A stretch of DNA of 20,000 nucleotides, from sequence record DRR378314_1512; one strand, 5' to 3'. The translations under genes were made by a program, and so were the position numbers. Within the stretch, counting starts at the first letter, position 1. Each line of letters opens with the position of its first letter. Below, piece by piece: positions 1 to 9,062 of the stretch. The notes under the pieces were generated by a model. The model was given only the letters and a program-made list of their open reading frames with translations. It searched no databases and was not told the origin of the DNA.

Positions 1-2
1 AA

Positions 3-326
3 GATCCGGTCGATGAGACCTTCATCAATATTTCATACAATTTCATGACCCCGATCAACGAGGATCAGACCAGGTATTTCTGGTTCCAACATCGCAACTC
101 TTACCCCGGCAACGCGGAGGTGTCGAAGTTCATGAATGACGGTGCCCGGATGGCATTTCTTGAGGACAAAGAAGTGTTGGAAGAAGTGCACAAGGGCATG
201 AAACATGCTCAGACACCGCATATCGATCTGGGTCTGGATGCAGGGGCCAAAATATATAGGCGCGTGTTGGATCGGGCGATCGAGGCCGAGGCCACGGTGC
301 CGGAAGACGCTGTGCGGCAAGCTTGA
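3..326 (+). CDS. Rieske non-heme iron oxygenase alpha subunit, C-terminal part (VanA/demethylase-like catalytic domain); 5'-truncated by window edge
   Basis: The frame is open from the window start (DPVDETFINISYNFMTPINEDQTRYFWFQHRN...). TP..E..TRYFW, AF.ED..VLE and LxxDAG...YRR.L are typical of the VanA C-terminal domain. Confidence 0.8.
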   Translation, partial: DPVDETFINISYNFMTPINEDQTRYFWFQHRNSYPGNAEVSKFMNDGARMAFLEDKEVLEEVHKGMKHAQTPHIDLGLDAGAKIYRRVLDRAIEAEATVPEDAVRQA

Positions 327-335
327 ACTTCGAAG

Positions 336-356
336 GGGGCCGGGTGACCCGGCCCC
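336..356. terminator. GC-rich hairpin between convergent genes, probable bidirectional terminator
   Basis: Perfect inverted repeat GGGGCCGGG-TGA-CCCGGCCCC between the stop codons at 326 (+) and 362 (-). U-tails are weak. Confidence 0.65.
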
Positions 357-361
357 GTCTC

Positions 362-1150
362 TTAGGCAGTTTCGTAGATGACCGGAAACCGGCCCCCGGC
401 AAATGGTGCGCCGGGTTTCAGGCTATCATCGTGCAGCCATTCGGTAACCGAATCCCGCGGCTCGTAGGTCGCGCCATTCACAGCAAAGCGTATGGCATAT
501 CCGCGCCGACGGCGTGTTGAGGTTCGGTTCCCCATCGCCGAATGCACGGTCATCCCATCAAAGGCAAGCGCGTCTCCCGGCTTCATGTCTTCAAAGTGAA
601 AGATGTCATATTGGGCGCGGTCGGCTTCGAAATCCGGCATGTCTATGTAATTTGGGTTGTCCTGTTCCAGATAGTGCAGGAACCCGCCCTTCTGATCGGT
701 TTTGAAGGGCCGGTATTTTGCGCCCCATGCATGTGATCCGCGTACGAATTCCAGCGCCCCATTATCGGGATCCACTGGATCGAGCGCGATCCACATGGTC
801 ATAATAGGGCCGGACACAGGCCAATATGGTTGATCTGTGTGCCACCCGGTTTGGGTCTGCGTTCCCGGCTCTTTCACGAAAATCTGATCGTAGATCAACG
901 ACGTCCACGGGCTGCCTGCAACTTCGGCCACTCGTTGCCCGATATCCGATGTCAGGCAGTAATCCTGAAATGTACCGGGATTTTCACGCATGTTCTTATA
1001 CGCAAAATATCGGTCACCCTTCGCGACTTCGGCGTCAACCGCGTCTCGTAACTTGGTCAACCATTCGTCGGACACGATGTTCTTCAACAACACGACCCCG
1101 TCGCGCGCATATGCCTTCTGAATGTCCGTTAATTCTTTTGGTTGGGTCAT
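362..1150 (-). CDS. Phytanoyl-CoA dioxygenase (PhyH) family Fe(II)/2-oxoglutarate dioxygenase
   Basis: HxD motif (GWHTDQPYWP), WIALD...NGALEFVRGSHAWG, distal His (TVHSAMGN) followed by RRR. Start placed at ATG 1150 (MTQPKEL), which has GGATGGA upstream; the ORF is open to 1207. Confidence 0.9.
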   Translation of the reverse strand: MTQPKELTDIQKAYARDGVVLLKNIVSDEWLTKLRDAVDAEVAKGDRYFAYKNMRENPGTFQDYCLTSDIGQRVAEVAGSPWTSLIYDQIFVKEPGTQTQTGWHTDQPYWPVSGPIMTMWIALDPVDPDNGALEFVRGSHAWGAKYRPFKTDQKGGFLHYLEQDNPNYIDMPDFEADRAQYDIFHFEDMKPGDALAFDGMTVHSAMGNRTSTRRRRGYAIRFAVNGATYEPRDSVTEWLHDDSLKPGAPFAGGRFPVIYETA

Positions 1151-1375
1151 TATATCCATCCACTTTGTGTCCACGCCGTTTCCGGGTGGGATTGTTAACT
1201 GGCGCATAGCGCCGTGATCGGTGTGGAGTCAGGAGGATGGAGAGCTGCGGCAGTTGATAATGAAGCAAGGCCACCGGGACCGGGCCGACCATTTGCCAGC
1301 CATGTTCCGATGAAACTGTTCAATACGCAGCCGCATACTCTCTTATAAATCAATTTGGATGATCCTCCAAGAGCG

Positions 1376-1393
1376 TTGCGCATTAGTAAAGAA
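1376..1393. promoter_or_regulatory. Candidate operator TTGC-N6-GTAA upstream of soxB-like gene
   Basis: TTGCGCATTAGTAAAGAA matches TTGCGGGATAGTAAAGTA (19563-19580, upstream of the XRE gene) at 14 of 18 positions. Confidence 0.5.
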
Positions 1394-1398
1394 ATTAA

Positions 1399-1427
1399 TT
1401 GACGATACATTTCTTTTGATGAATGCT
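1399..1427 (+). promoter_or_regulatory. Possible sigma70 promoter for the sox operon
   Basis: TTGACG (1399-1404), 17-nt spacer, AATGCT (1422-1427) in an AT-rich intergenic region. Confidence 0.35.
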
Positions 1428-1436
1428 ATGGCTACT

Positions 1437-2687
1437 ATGCAAAAATATTCTGTGTTCTCGCTCGCCCGGAATGCGTTTTCCGGGCACCGCAATTGGCCTC
1501 GGGCCTGGCGCTCTCTGCCATTGAAGGATCAGTACGACGTTGTTGTGATCGGGGCAGGGGGGCATGGCCTAGCCACTGCCTATTATCTGGCCAAAGAGTT
1601 CGGCATCAAAGATGTGGCCGTGCTGGAGCGTGGTTGGCTGGGTGGAGGCAACATCGCACGCAACACGGTGACCATCCGTTCGAATTATATGCGTGACGAG
1701 TCGATCCCGTTCTACGTCAAATCCGTCGCCATGTATGAGGGGCTCACGCATGAGCTGAACTTCAACATGATGCATTCGAAACGCACCATGGTGGATGTTG
1801 TACAGACCTGGCCCAAACTGCGCGAATTGCGGCGTCGGCAGCTGGCGATGGATATTTATGGTTCGACTTATGAACAGATTTCGTTGAACGAGCTGCGCCA
1901 AAGAATCCCGGCATTGACCGGAGGAGGACCCGATGCACGTTTGCCCGTGATCTGCGGTATGGTGCATACGGATGCGGGCGTGAACCGGCATGACGCGGTG
2001 GCTTGGGGATATGCGCGTGCAGCCGATGCGCTTGGGGTCGAGATCCATCAGCAAACTGCGGTGCAATCTCTGATCCGTGGGACCGATGGCAATATCAGCG
2101 GTATTGAAACAAATCGCGGCACCGTGCGCGCCAAGAAAGTCGTTGTCGCAGTCTCCGGCCATACCACAACATTGACCGAAACGGCTGGGCTGAAGCTTCC
2201 TCTGCGCACGATGAACCTGACGGCATTTGTGTCCGAACCGGTTCAGCCGTTGGTGGACGTCATTGTGAACTGCCCCGACAGTGGGTTCTATTTCAGCCAA
2301 TCCGACAAAGGCGAGATGGTGATCGGTGGTGCGCCGGATATGGGTCAGAGTTTTCGCCGCGATATCAAGCAGAACGTGTTCGAAGACACGGTGACGGCGA
2401 TGCTGTCACTGTTCCCGTCTTTCAAAAAACTGAAACTGATGCGGCAATGGGGCGGACATCTGGATATCGCCCATGATGCCTCACCCATCATGGATCAGAC
2501 CGAAATACCGGGGCTGTTCGTCACCGCCGGCTGGTGGGGGGGATACAAGGCTATTCCTGCTGGCGGGCTGACGCTTGCTCATCTGGTGGCCAAAGAGGAG
2601 CCGCATCCCTTGATGTCCTCGTTCACGCTCAATCGGTTCCGCCATCTGGATTTTGTGATGGAAGCCGGGACAACGACAGCGAGATAG
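1437..2687 (+). CDS. soxB: Heterotetrameric sarcosine oxidase-family beta subunit (FAD), divergent
   Basis: N-terminus KYSVFSLARNAFSGHRNWPRAWR, GAGGHGLATAYYLAK, GGGNxxRNTxTIRSNY and RHDAVAWGYARAAD (FMN-attachment His region). Start chosen by homology. Confidence 0.9.
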   Translation: MQKYSVFSLARNAFSGHRNWPRAWRSLPLKDQYDVVVIGAGGHGLATAYYLAKEFGIKDVAVLERGWLGGGNIARNTVTIRSNYMRDESIPFYVKSVAMYEGLTHELNFNMMHSKRTMVDVVQTWPKLRELRRRQLAMDIYGSTYEQISLNELRQRIPALTGGGPDARLPVICGMVHTDAGVNRHDAVAWGYARAADALGVEIHQQTAVQSLIRGTDGNISGIETNRGTVRAKKVVVAVSGHTTTLTETAGLKLPLRTMNLTAFVSEPVQPLVDVIVNCPDSGFYFSQSDKGEMVIGGAPDMGQSFRRDIKQNVFEDTVTAMLSLFPSFKKLKLMRQWGGHLDIAHDASPIMDQTEIPGLFVTAGWWGGYKAIPAGGLTLAHLVAKEEPHPLMSSFTLNRFRHLDFVMEAGTTTAR

Positions 2688-2701
2688 GAAAGGCCAGGAT
2701 C

Positions 2702-2959
2702 ATGATGCTAATACCCTGCCCATTCTGCGGCGAACGTAGTGAAAGTGAATTTATCTATGGCGGCCCGGTTGGTGCTGATCGCCCCGATCCGAATACCGTT
2801 AGCGATGCGGAATGGGTTGAATACCTGACCGTGGCGCCAAACCCATTAGGACCGGTCCATGAGCGTTGGTGGCATGCGCGGGGTTGCGGTGAGTGGCTTG
2901 CAATCTGGCGCGATACCCGAACCCACGACATAGTGGAGGCACCAGATGACTCAAAGTAA
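2702..2959 (+). CDS. soxD: Sarcosine oxidase-family delta subunit
   Basis: MLIPCPFCGER...EF.YGG...ERWWHARGCGEW carries the Cys3His Zn ligands. GGAAAGG RBS upstream; lies between soxB and soxA. Confidence 0.9.
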   Translation: MMLIPCPFCGERSESEFIYGGPVGADRPDPNTVSDAEWVEYLTVAPNPLGPVHERWWHARGCGEWLAIWRDTRTHDIVEAPDDSK

Positions 2960-5813
2960 CCGCCACGCATTGGGTGGACGCATCGATCGAGGTCAGCCCC
3001 TGCGTTTTGCGTTTAACGGCAAGTCTTACGAAGGGTTTGAAGGCGATACATTAGCCTCGGCTCTGGTGGCAAATGGTGTTCGTGTTACGGCACGCAGTTT
3101 CAAATATCACCGCCCACGTGGCATTGTCGGCCATGGCCCGGAAGAACCGGCAACGCTGGTGGAACTTGAAGGCGAGGACGCTTCGGGGAACCGTCCGGCA
3201 ACCACCATTCCTCTGCGTGAGGGGTTGAGGGCGCGTTCGGTCAATTGTTGGCCATCGCCCGAGTTTGATTTGGGCGGGGTCAATCAACTGCTTGGCCGCT
3301 TTATTCCTGCTGGTTTTTATTACAAGACATTCAAATGGCCCAATTGGCACCTGTTCGAGCCCTCAATCCGCAAAGCTGCCGGTCTGGCCGCGGCACCGAA
3401 TAATCCACCGTCCTCGGGGCATTTCGAAGCCCGTCATGCGCATACCGACGTGCTGATCGCAGGCGCAGGTCCGGCCGGGCTGCAGGCGGCGCTTGAGGCG
3501 GGCAGGGCGGGTAAACGCGTCTTCCTTGCTGATGAAGGTACTGAGGCAGGCGGCAGCCTGTTGAACCGAAACCTGACCATCAACGGGCAACCAGCAATGG
3601 GCTGGGTGGACGACGCGGTTCAAGAGCTGCGCGAGATGACCAACGTCACCCATCTGCAGAACGCCACGGTCTGGGCCTATCGTGAGCACAATCTGCTGAT
3701 TGTAAATGAACGTAATCCTGAACAAGACCGCATCATTGAGCGTTCGTGGCGCGTACGGGCAGGCGAAGTTATCATCGCCACGGGTGCTACAGAACGTGCC
3801 ATGGTCTTCAGCAATAATGATCGGCCAGGGGTCATGTTAGCGTCGTCGGTCCAAGCCTATGTAAACCGATGGGGTGTTACTCCGGGTAAACGGTTGGTGT
3901 TATTCACTAATAACAATAGCGTATACGCAGTAGCGTCTGATTTGGTAGCGACCGGGATAAGGGTTGAGGCCATTCTCGACAGTCGTGCGACTGTGCCTCA
4001 GGCCACTCTGGATATGGTGCCCGGATTGTCGGTGCACGCTTCAACCGTTGTCGGAGACGTGCGGGGGCGCAAGGGGGTCAAAGCTGCAAAGGCTGTATCC
4101 GCAACGGGTGTAGAAAGCTGGATTGAATGTGATGTTCTGGCGCATTCAGGGGGGTGGAATCCGACCGTACATTTGTGGTCACAATCTCGCAGTTCGCTGC
4201 AGTTTGACGAAAGGCTTGCGGCTTTTCTTCCTGATCAAGCGGCGCAGAATTGCACAGCTATTGGTGCCGCAGCCGGACATCTGGCGCTGGATCGGATCAT
4301 CGAGGGGGGCGAGGATCTTGCATATGAGATCGAGCCGCTCTGGCGTGTCGACCTGCCAGACCAGCGTGGAAAGGCGTTTTTGGATATTCAGAATGACGTA
4401 TCCGTCAGCGATGTGCATCTGGCCCTGCGCGAGGGCTATGACAATGTCGAACATGTGAAACGCTACACCACGGGCGGCATGGGCATCGATCAGGGTAAGA
4501 CCGGGAATATCAACATCATCGGCACTGTCGCGATGCAAAAAGGCGTACCGCTGCAAGAGGTTGGCACGACCACGTTCCGGTCCCCATACACGCCTGTTTC
4601 ATTCGGCGCGATTGGTGGATTACGAGAGGGCTCGGTTCTGTTCCCGTACCGTCATACCCCTGTAACCCAGTGGAATGAGGATAACGGGGCAGTCATGTAC
4701 GAAGCCGGTGCGCGTTGGCGGCGGCCCGGCTATTTCCCCGAACAAGGCGAAGGCCTTCAGGAGGCGGTGAACCGCGAATGCCGAGCGGTTCGGGAAGGGG
4801 TTGGCGTCTATGATGGCTCTCCGCTTGGCACATTCGAGTTGAAGGGGCGGGATGTCCCGCAATTCCTCGATTTTATCTACTCGAACGTGATGTCTTCGCT
4901 GACGCCCGGCAATGGGCGCTATGGGCTGATGTTGTCGGATGATGGGCTGATCCTCGATGACGGTGTGGTGTTCCGGCTGGATGATCATCGATGGCTTGTT
5001 TCAACGTCTACCGGCCACGCTGATGCAATGAACCAGCATATGGAAAAGCTGCTTCAGACCGAATTCCCCGATTGGCAGGTCATGATCACCACTGTGACAA
5101 GCCAATGGAACAACGCCACGATCTGCGGCCCGCGCGCGCGGGACGTGATGCAAGCCCTTGGAACGGATATCGACCTGTCGCCCGAGGCGTTTCCGTTCAT
5201 GTCTTTCAGGGATGGGACAGTCGCGGGTTTCCCCGCGCGCGTTGTCCGGGTCAGTTTTACAGGTGAGCTGTCGTTCGAGGTCAATGTAGCCCCGCGCCAC
5301 ATGGCGGCGTTGTGGGACAAGGTACTAGAGGCAGGTGAACCCTTTGGAATCCTACCCGTGGGTTCGGAATCCAGCCATGTGTTGCGGGTCGAAAAGGGTT
5401 TTCTGTCGCTGGGGCACGAAGTTGACGGTACAGCGGACGCCTATGACCTTGGGATGGGTTGGGTCATGTCGAAGAAAAAGACGGACTATTTGGGCAAACG
5501 CTCGATCCTACTGCGCCGCGAGGGTGCATCAACCCGCAGGGAACTTGTTGGAATTCTGCCGGATGATCCCAACAAACAAGTGCCCGAGGGCGCGCCGCTG
5601 ACACCCGGAGGCCGAAAGGAAGCTACCGAGGGGCTTGTAACAGCGTGTGTCTGGAGTGTGGTAAACGACCGTTGGGTCGGGTTGGCATTGCTGCAGGGCG
5701 GGCATGGTCGGCATGGGGAAACCGCCCATGTCCGGCTGAAAGATGAGGTGATCCCAGTCAAGATCACCAAACCAGTATTCCATGATCCCGATGGCAATCT
5801 GTTAAGGTCCTGA
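2946..5813 (+). CDS. soxA: Sarcosine oxidase-family alpha subunit (NAD-binding plus GcvT-like folate domain)
   Basis: GDTLASAL.ANG...RSFKYHRPRG, GAGPAGL, NNDRPGVMLA, QNDV...EHVKRYTT..MG.DQGK, RVSFTGELSFEV and LRVEKG. Overlaps the end of soxD; GGAGG RBS. Confidence 0.92.
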   Translation: MTQSNRHALGGRIDRGQPLRFAFNGKSYEGFEGDTLASALVANGVRVTARSFKYHRPRGIVGHGPEEPATLVELEGEDASGNRPATTIPLREGLRARSVNCWPSPEFDLGGVNQLLGRFIPAGFYYKTFKWPNWHLFEPSIRKAAGLAAAPNNPPSSGHFEARHAHTDVLIAGAGPAGLQAALEAGRAGKRVFLADEGTEAGGSLLNRNLTINGQPAMGWVDDAVQELREMTNVTHLQNATVWAYREHNLLIVNERNPEQDRIIERSWRVRAGEVIIATGATERAMVFSNNDRPGVMLASSVQAYVNRWGVTPGKRLVLFTNNNSVYAVASDLVATGIRVEAILDSRATVPQATLDMVPGLSVHASTVVGDVRGRKGVKAAKAVSATGVESWIECDVLAHSGGWNPTVHLWSQSRSSLQFDERLAAFLPDQAAQNCTAIGAAAGHLALDRIIEGGEDLAYEIEPLWRVDLPDQRGKAFLDIQNDVSVSDVHLALREGYDNVEHVKRYTTGGMGIDQGKTGNINIIGTVAMQKGVPLQEVGTTTFRSPYTPVSFGAIGGLREGSVLFPYRHTPVTQWNEDNGAVMYEAGARWRRPGYFPEQGEGLQEAVNRECRAVREGVGVYDGSPLGTFELKGRDVPQFLDFIYSNVMSSLTPGNGRYGLMLSDDGLILDDGVVFRLDDHRWLVSTSTGHADAMNQHMEKLLQTEFPDWQVMITTVTSQWNNATICGPRARDVMQALGTDIDLSPEAFPFMSFRDGTVAGFPARVVRVSFTGELSFEVNVAPRHMAALWDKVLEAGEPFGILPVGSESSHVLRVEKGFLSLGHEVDGTADAYDLGMGWVMSKKKTDYLGKRSILLRREGASTRRELVGILPDDPNKQVPEGAPLTPGGRKEATEGLVTACVWSVVNDRWVGLALLQGGHGRHGETAHVRLKDEVIPVKITKPVFHDPDGNLLRS

Positions 5814-5814
5814 G

Positions 5815-6312
5815 ATGAGTTATGACGTGGAAATTGTGCGCCAAGGTCTTAATGCGCTGTTTGATCTGAAGGGGAAACCCGCTGCCATACAAAGCTGGGC
5901 AGGCGATGTCTTGCCAACGTGGCCTGAACGACCAAATTCCCGGTCTGGCCAGGATGCGGTGGAGCTGTACCATATCGGGCGAAACCATTGGATCGCCCGC
6001 GCTGCATTGGATCAGGAAGTCAAACTGGGAGAGCATCTCAGACCAACCGATTGTCCAGCAGATATCAGTATCGTGCAGGTCTCGGACACGCTGACTTTCT
6101 TTCGTGTGACCGGCCCACATGCCGACGAAGTAATGTCCATTGCATGCCCATTGGATTTTCATGAAACTGAGTTCAGCGAAGATGCTGTTACCTATTCCGA
6201 GCTGTTTAGCCTGAAGGCGCTGGTTATGCGGTGCAAAGGTGGCTTTGAGTTCGCCGTAGAACAGAGTTTTGGCGATATGGTCGAGGACTACCTGTCCCGA
6301 GCCACCGCCTGA
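5815..6312 (+). CDS. soxG: Sarcosine oxidase-family gamma subunit
   Basis: Starts 1 nt after soxA, 165 aa; VSD...F.VTGP.A..VM...CPLDFH...F and ..SF...DYL resemble SoxG. Confidence 0.8.
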   Translation: MSYDVEIVRQGLNALFDLKGKPAAIQSWAGDVLPTWPERPNSRSGQDAVELYHIGRNHWIARAALDQEVKLGEHLRPTDCPADISIVQVSDTLTFFRVTGPHADEVMSIACPLDFHETEFSEDAVTYSELFSLKALVMRCKGGFEFAVEQSFGDMVEDYLSRATA

Positions 6313-6327
6313 AGGGAGAGAGAGCGA

Positions 6328-6741
6328 ATGGCCCGCACCCATATTCACAAGTACCAGACCCGGTATCACGCGCAGGCGACCTATTCCAAGGCGATCCGCG
6401 CGCGGGGTGATTTTGTCTTTATGCAAGGGCAGGTTGGAACCTTGCTGGATGGGACACTCATCGGTGAAGGCGACCCCGGCGCGCAAGCGGATCAGGCCTG
6501 CCGCAACATTCAGCGCTGGATGGAAGAGGCCGGCGGCAGCCTTGCCGATGTTTGCAAGTTGACGGTTTATGTCACCGATATCTCTTACCGGCCTGCCGTT
6601 TACGAGGCGATCAATCGTTGGTTCGAGGGCGTGCATCACTGTTCGACCGGAGTGGTCGTGCAGGGGTTGGCCGACCCGACTTTGCTGGTTGAAATTGATG
6701 CAATGGCCGTCATCGACGACGATCCAAACGAAAGCGCCTGA
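6328..6741 (+). CDS. RidA/YjgF/UK114 family protein lacking the catalytic Arg
   Basis: YSKAIR..D.VF.QGQ, Q..QA..NI...EAG.SL.DV.K.TVY and LVEIDAMA. HHCSTG occupies the position of the canonical PAR(S/T). Confidence 0.88.
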   Translation: MARTHIHKYQTRYHAQATYSKAIRARGDFVFMQGQVGTLLDGTLIGEGDPGAQADQACRNIQRWMEEAGGSLADVCKLTVYVTDISYRPAVYEAINRWFEGVHHCSTGVVVQGLADPTLLVEIDAMAVIDDDPNESA

Positions 6742-6823
6742 TATTCGGCGTCAGATGAGTTGTGCTGAATTTTGCGGTATGACAGGGTCCCGATGCGCCG
6801 CCTGGACTTGTCAGTGAACTGAA

Positions 6824-7756
6824 ATGTTTTCGACCCTGACCTCGATATTGCCGATCTTTCTGATCATTGCGTTGGGCCTGGCCCTTCGCAAAGGTGGAAT
6901 TCCCAGCACCGATTTCTGGAACCTGAATGACAAGCTGGTCTACTGGGTTCTGATGCCGTGCCTGCTGTTCACGAAAATTTCGCTATCGCCTTTGGATAAA
7001 TCCGCGCTTGGCCTTTATTCAGTGACCATATTGGGTGGATTTCTGGCGGCGCTGGTTTTTGCCGTCATCACCGCGCGACTGCTGGGATATTCGGCACCAC
7101 AGGCGACGTCGATCCTTCAGGGAAGTGCGCGGCACAACTCGTTCATTGGTCTTGCGCTTGCAGCCAATCTCTTTGGTCCTGCAGGGTTTGACATCGCGAT
7201 TTTGGCGACTGCGATACTGGTGCCGATCACCAATATAGTTATGGTGGTCATGATGGTCGGGGCGCTGAAACAGGATACCGCAACCCGCCTGCCGGTCGCC
7301 ATCCTGCGCGAGCTTGGGCGCAACCCTTATGTCATTTCGATCCTGTTGGCTGTTGGGGCAAATCAGGTGATCGGTGATCGCATTCCTGTTGTCCATGACG
7401 TAGCAGACATTCTGGGGGCGGGTGCCTTGCCGATTACTTTACTGGCGGTTGGTGCAAACCTGCGTGTTCGGGCCATGGCGGCGAGCTTGATGCCCTTGGT
7501 ACTGGCCTTTGTTGGTAAGATGATGGTGTTTCCGCTGGCAGCATTGAGTATTGGGATACTAGTCGGGCTTCCGCAGGATGTGCTGATGATCGCGGTGGTT
7601 TATTCGGTGGTTCCAACTGGGGCTTCTTCTTATACCTTGTCCAAGCAATTGGGCGGGGACGCGCCGTTGATGGCCGCCATAGTGACACTTCAGACCCTTA
7701 TTGCAGCCGTCAGCATCCCAATTTCACTGGCGATATTATTGCCTTTGATTGGTTAA
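6824..7756 (+). CDS. AEC (auxin efflux carrier/MdcF-like) family membrane transporter
   Basis: About 10 hydrophobic segments; ILPIFLII.LG, LVYWVLMP.LLF, N..FIG, RNP and PT..SSY.L.KQLGGD.PLMA.I. Confidence 0.88.
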   Translation: MFSTLTSILPIFLIIALGLALRKGGIPSTDFWNLNDKLVYWVLMPCLLFTKISLSPLDKSALGLYSVTILGGFLAALVFAVITARLLGYSAPQATSILQGSARHNSFIGLALAANLFGPAGFDIAILATAILVPITNIVMVVMMVGALKQDTATRLPVAILRELGRNPYVISILLAVGANQVIGDRIPVVHDVADILGAGALPITLLAVGANLRVRAMAASLMPLVLAFVGKMMVFPLAALSIGILVGLPQDVLMIAVVYSVVPTGASSYTLSKQLGGDAPLMAAIVTLQTLIAAVSIPISLAILLPLIG

Positions 7757-7772
7757 GGCCACGCAGACCCAT

Positions 7773-9062
7773 TCAGTCCGGTGGGTTGAGGATACTGCCC
7801 ACCCATTGTGCGATATCAAGCAACCGGGCATCGCTGCCGCGCGGTGCGATAAGCTGTACACCCAGCGGCAACCCGTCTGCATTGGTGCCAAAAGGGACCG
7901 CCACGGATGGTATCTGCAACAGGTTCCACATGCGTGAGAACAACGGATCGCCGGTTGCTTCCAACCCTACCGGGGCCGAACCTGGAGCAGACGGAACAAG
8001 AAGGGCGTCGGTATCCCTAAAAAGCTGTTCCAATATCATTACAGCGCGGTCTCGGACGGTTTTTGCGTGTTGGTAATTCGCCTCGCTGACCTCGAGCCCG
8101 GTTTCTATCAGAGCGTGGAATTGGGGGCTGATCGCCGGAATCCCCTTTTCGAACTCATCGCGGCGCAGTCGGGCGGCTTCATAAGCCATCACTGTGTTAT
8201 GCGCCGCTGTCAAGTCGGCAAAAATCTCAGGGTGTGCAATCTCACCCGCCTCGGCCCCTGTTCCTGCGATGGCAGACAAGGCGCGGGCGCAGGTGTCACG
8301 CATTTCGATCGAACCATCCATCCAATGCGGACCGCGCATCAGGCTGATGCGAGGCAGATTGTCCTCGAACTGTGCAGCTTGTGGAGGGTTTGTGCCGCGC
8401 AACACCGCATCGGCCAGCGCCAAGTCCTTTGGATCGCGGGCGAGAACGCCGAGTGTATCAAGGCTTGGCGACAATCCCATCACCCCTGCAAGTGGATAGC
8501 CATGGATCGTGGGGCGAAATCCATAGACCCCGCAATAAGCCGCAGGTCTGATCAGTGATGCAGCTGTCTGCGACCCAAAGGCCAACGGGGCCATAAAATC
8601 AGCTACGGCGGCGGCAGAGCCCGATGAAGACCCGCCCGGCGTATGCGCCAGATTGTGCGGGTTTGCCGTTTTGCCGGGCCGGAAATAGGCAAACTCGGTC
8701 GTGACTGTTTTGCCGATGGGAATAGCGCCCGCATCCAGAAACATCTGAACGCAGGCCGCGTTTCTGACTGGCCGGCGGTCGGAATACAGGTCACTGCCCC
8801 AACCCGTCGGCATGTCGTCTGTATCGATGATATCCTTGATCACGAAGGGTACACCATGCAACGGCCCGTTTGCATGCTGCAGGTCGGCGGCTATCGCACG
8901 ATCCATCGCGCGATCCGCATCGAGATACTGAAACGCCCCGATGTCGGGTTCACGCAGTGCGATACGATCCAGATGCGCCTGCATAACCTCTGAGGGTTTG
9001 ACCTCTCTCATCTTGATCAGTTGGGCAAGGTCGCGCGCGCTGCGGCGGTTCAGGTCGGTCAT
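7773..9062 (-). CDS. Amidase (amidase-signature family)
   Basis: GPLHGVPFVIKD (Lys), TPGGSSSGSAAAVA and GSQTAASLIRPAAYCG (Ser-cisSer-Lys triad). ATGA overlap with the upstream gene. Confidence 0.92.
   Translation of the reverse strand: MTDLNRRSARDLAQLIKMREVKPSEVMQAHLDRIALREPDIGAFQYLDADRAMDRAIAADLQHANGPLHGVPFVIKDIIDTDDMPTGWGSDLYSDRRPVRNAACVQMFLDAGAIPIGKTVTTEFAYFRPGKTANPHNLAHTPGGSSSGSAAAVADFMAPLAFGSQTAASLIRPAAYCGVYGFRPTIHGYPLAGVMGLSPSLDTLGVLARDPKDLALADAVLRGTNPPQAAQFEDNLPRISLMRGPHWMDGSIEMRDTCARALSAIAGTGAEAGEIAHPEIFADLTAAHNTVMAYEAARLRRDEFEKGIPAISPQFHALIETGLEVSEANYQHAKTVRDRAVMILEQLFRDTDALLVPSAPGSAPVGLEATGDPLFSRMWNLLQIPSVAVPFGTNADGLPLGVQLIAPRGSDARLLDIAQWVGSILNPPD

Noticed and set aside
2534-2701. 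N-terminal extension of soxD in the ORF track
   Set aside because: Overlaps soxB; homology and the RBS place the start at 2702 or 2705.
3895-3960. Short AT-richer patch inside soxA
   Set aside because: The frame is intact and it encodes the conserved FTNNN region; too short to indicate an insertion.
5764-6639. 291-aa minus-strand ORF
   Set aside because: Antisense to soxG and the Rid gene; no motif.
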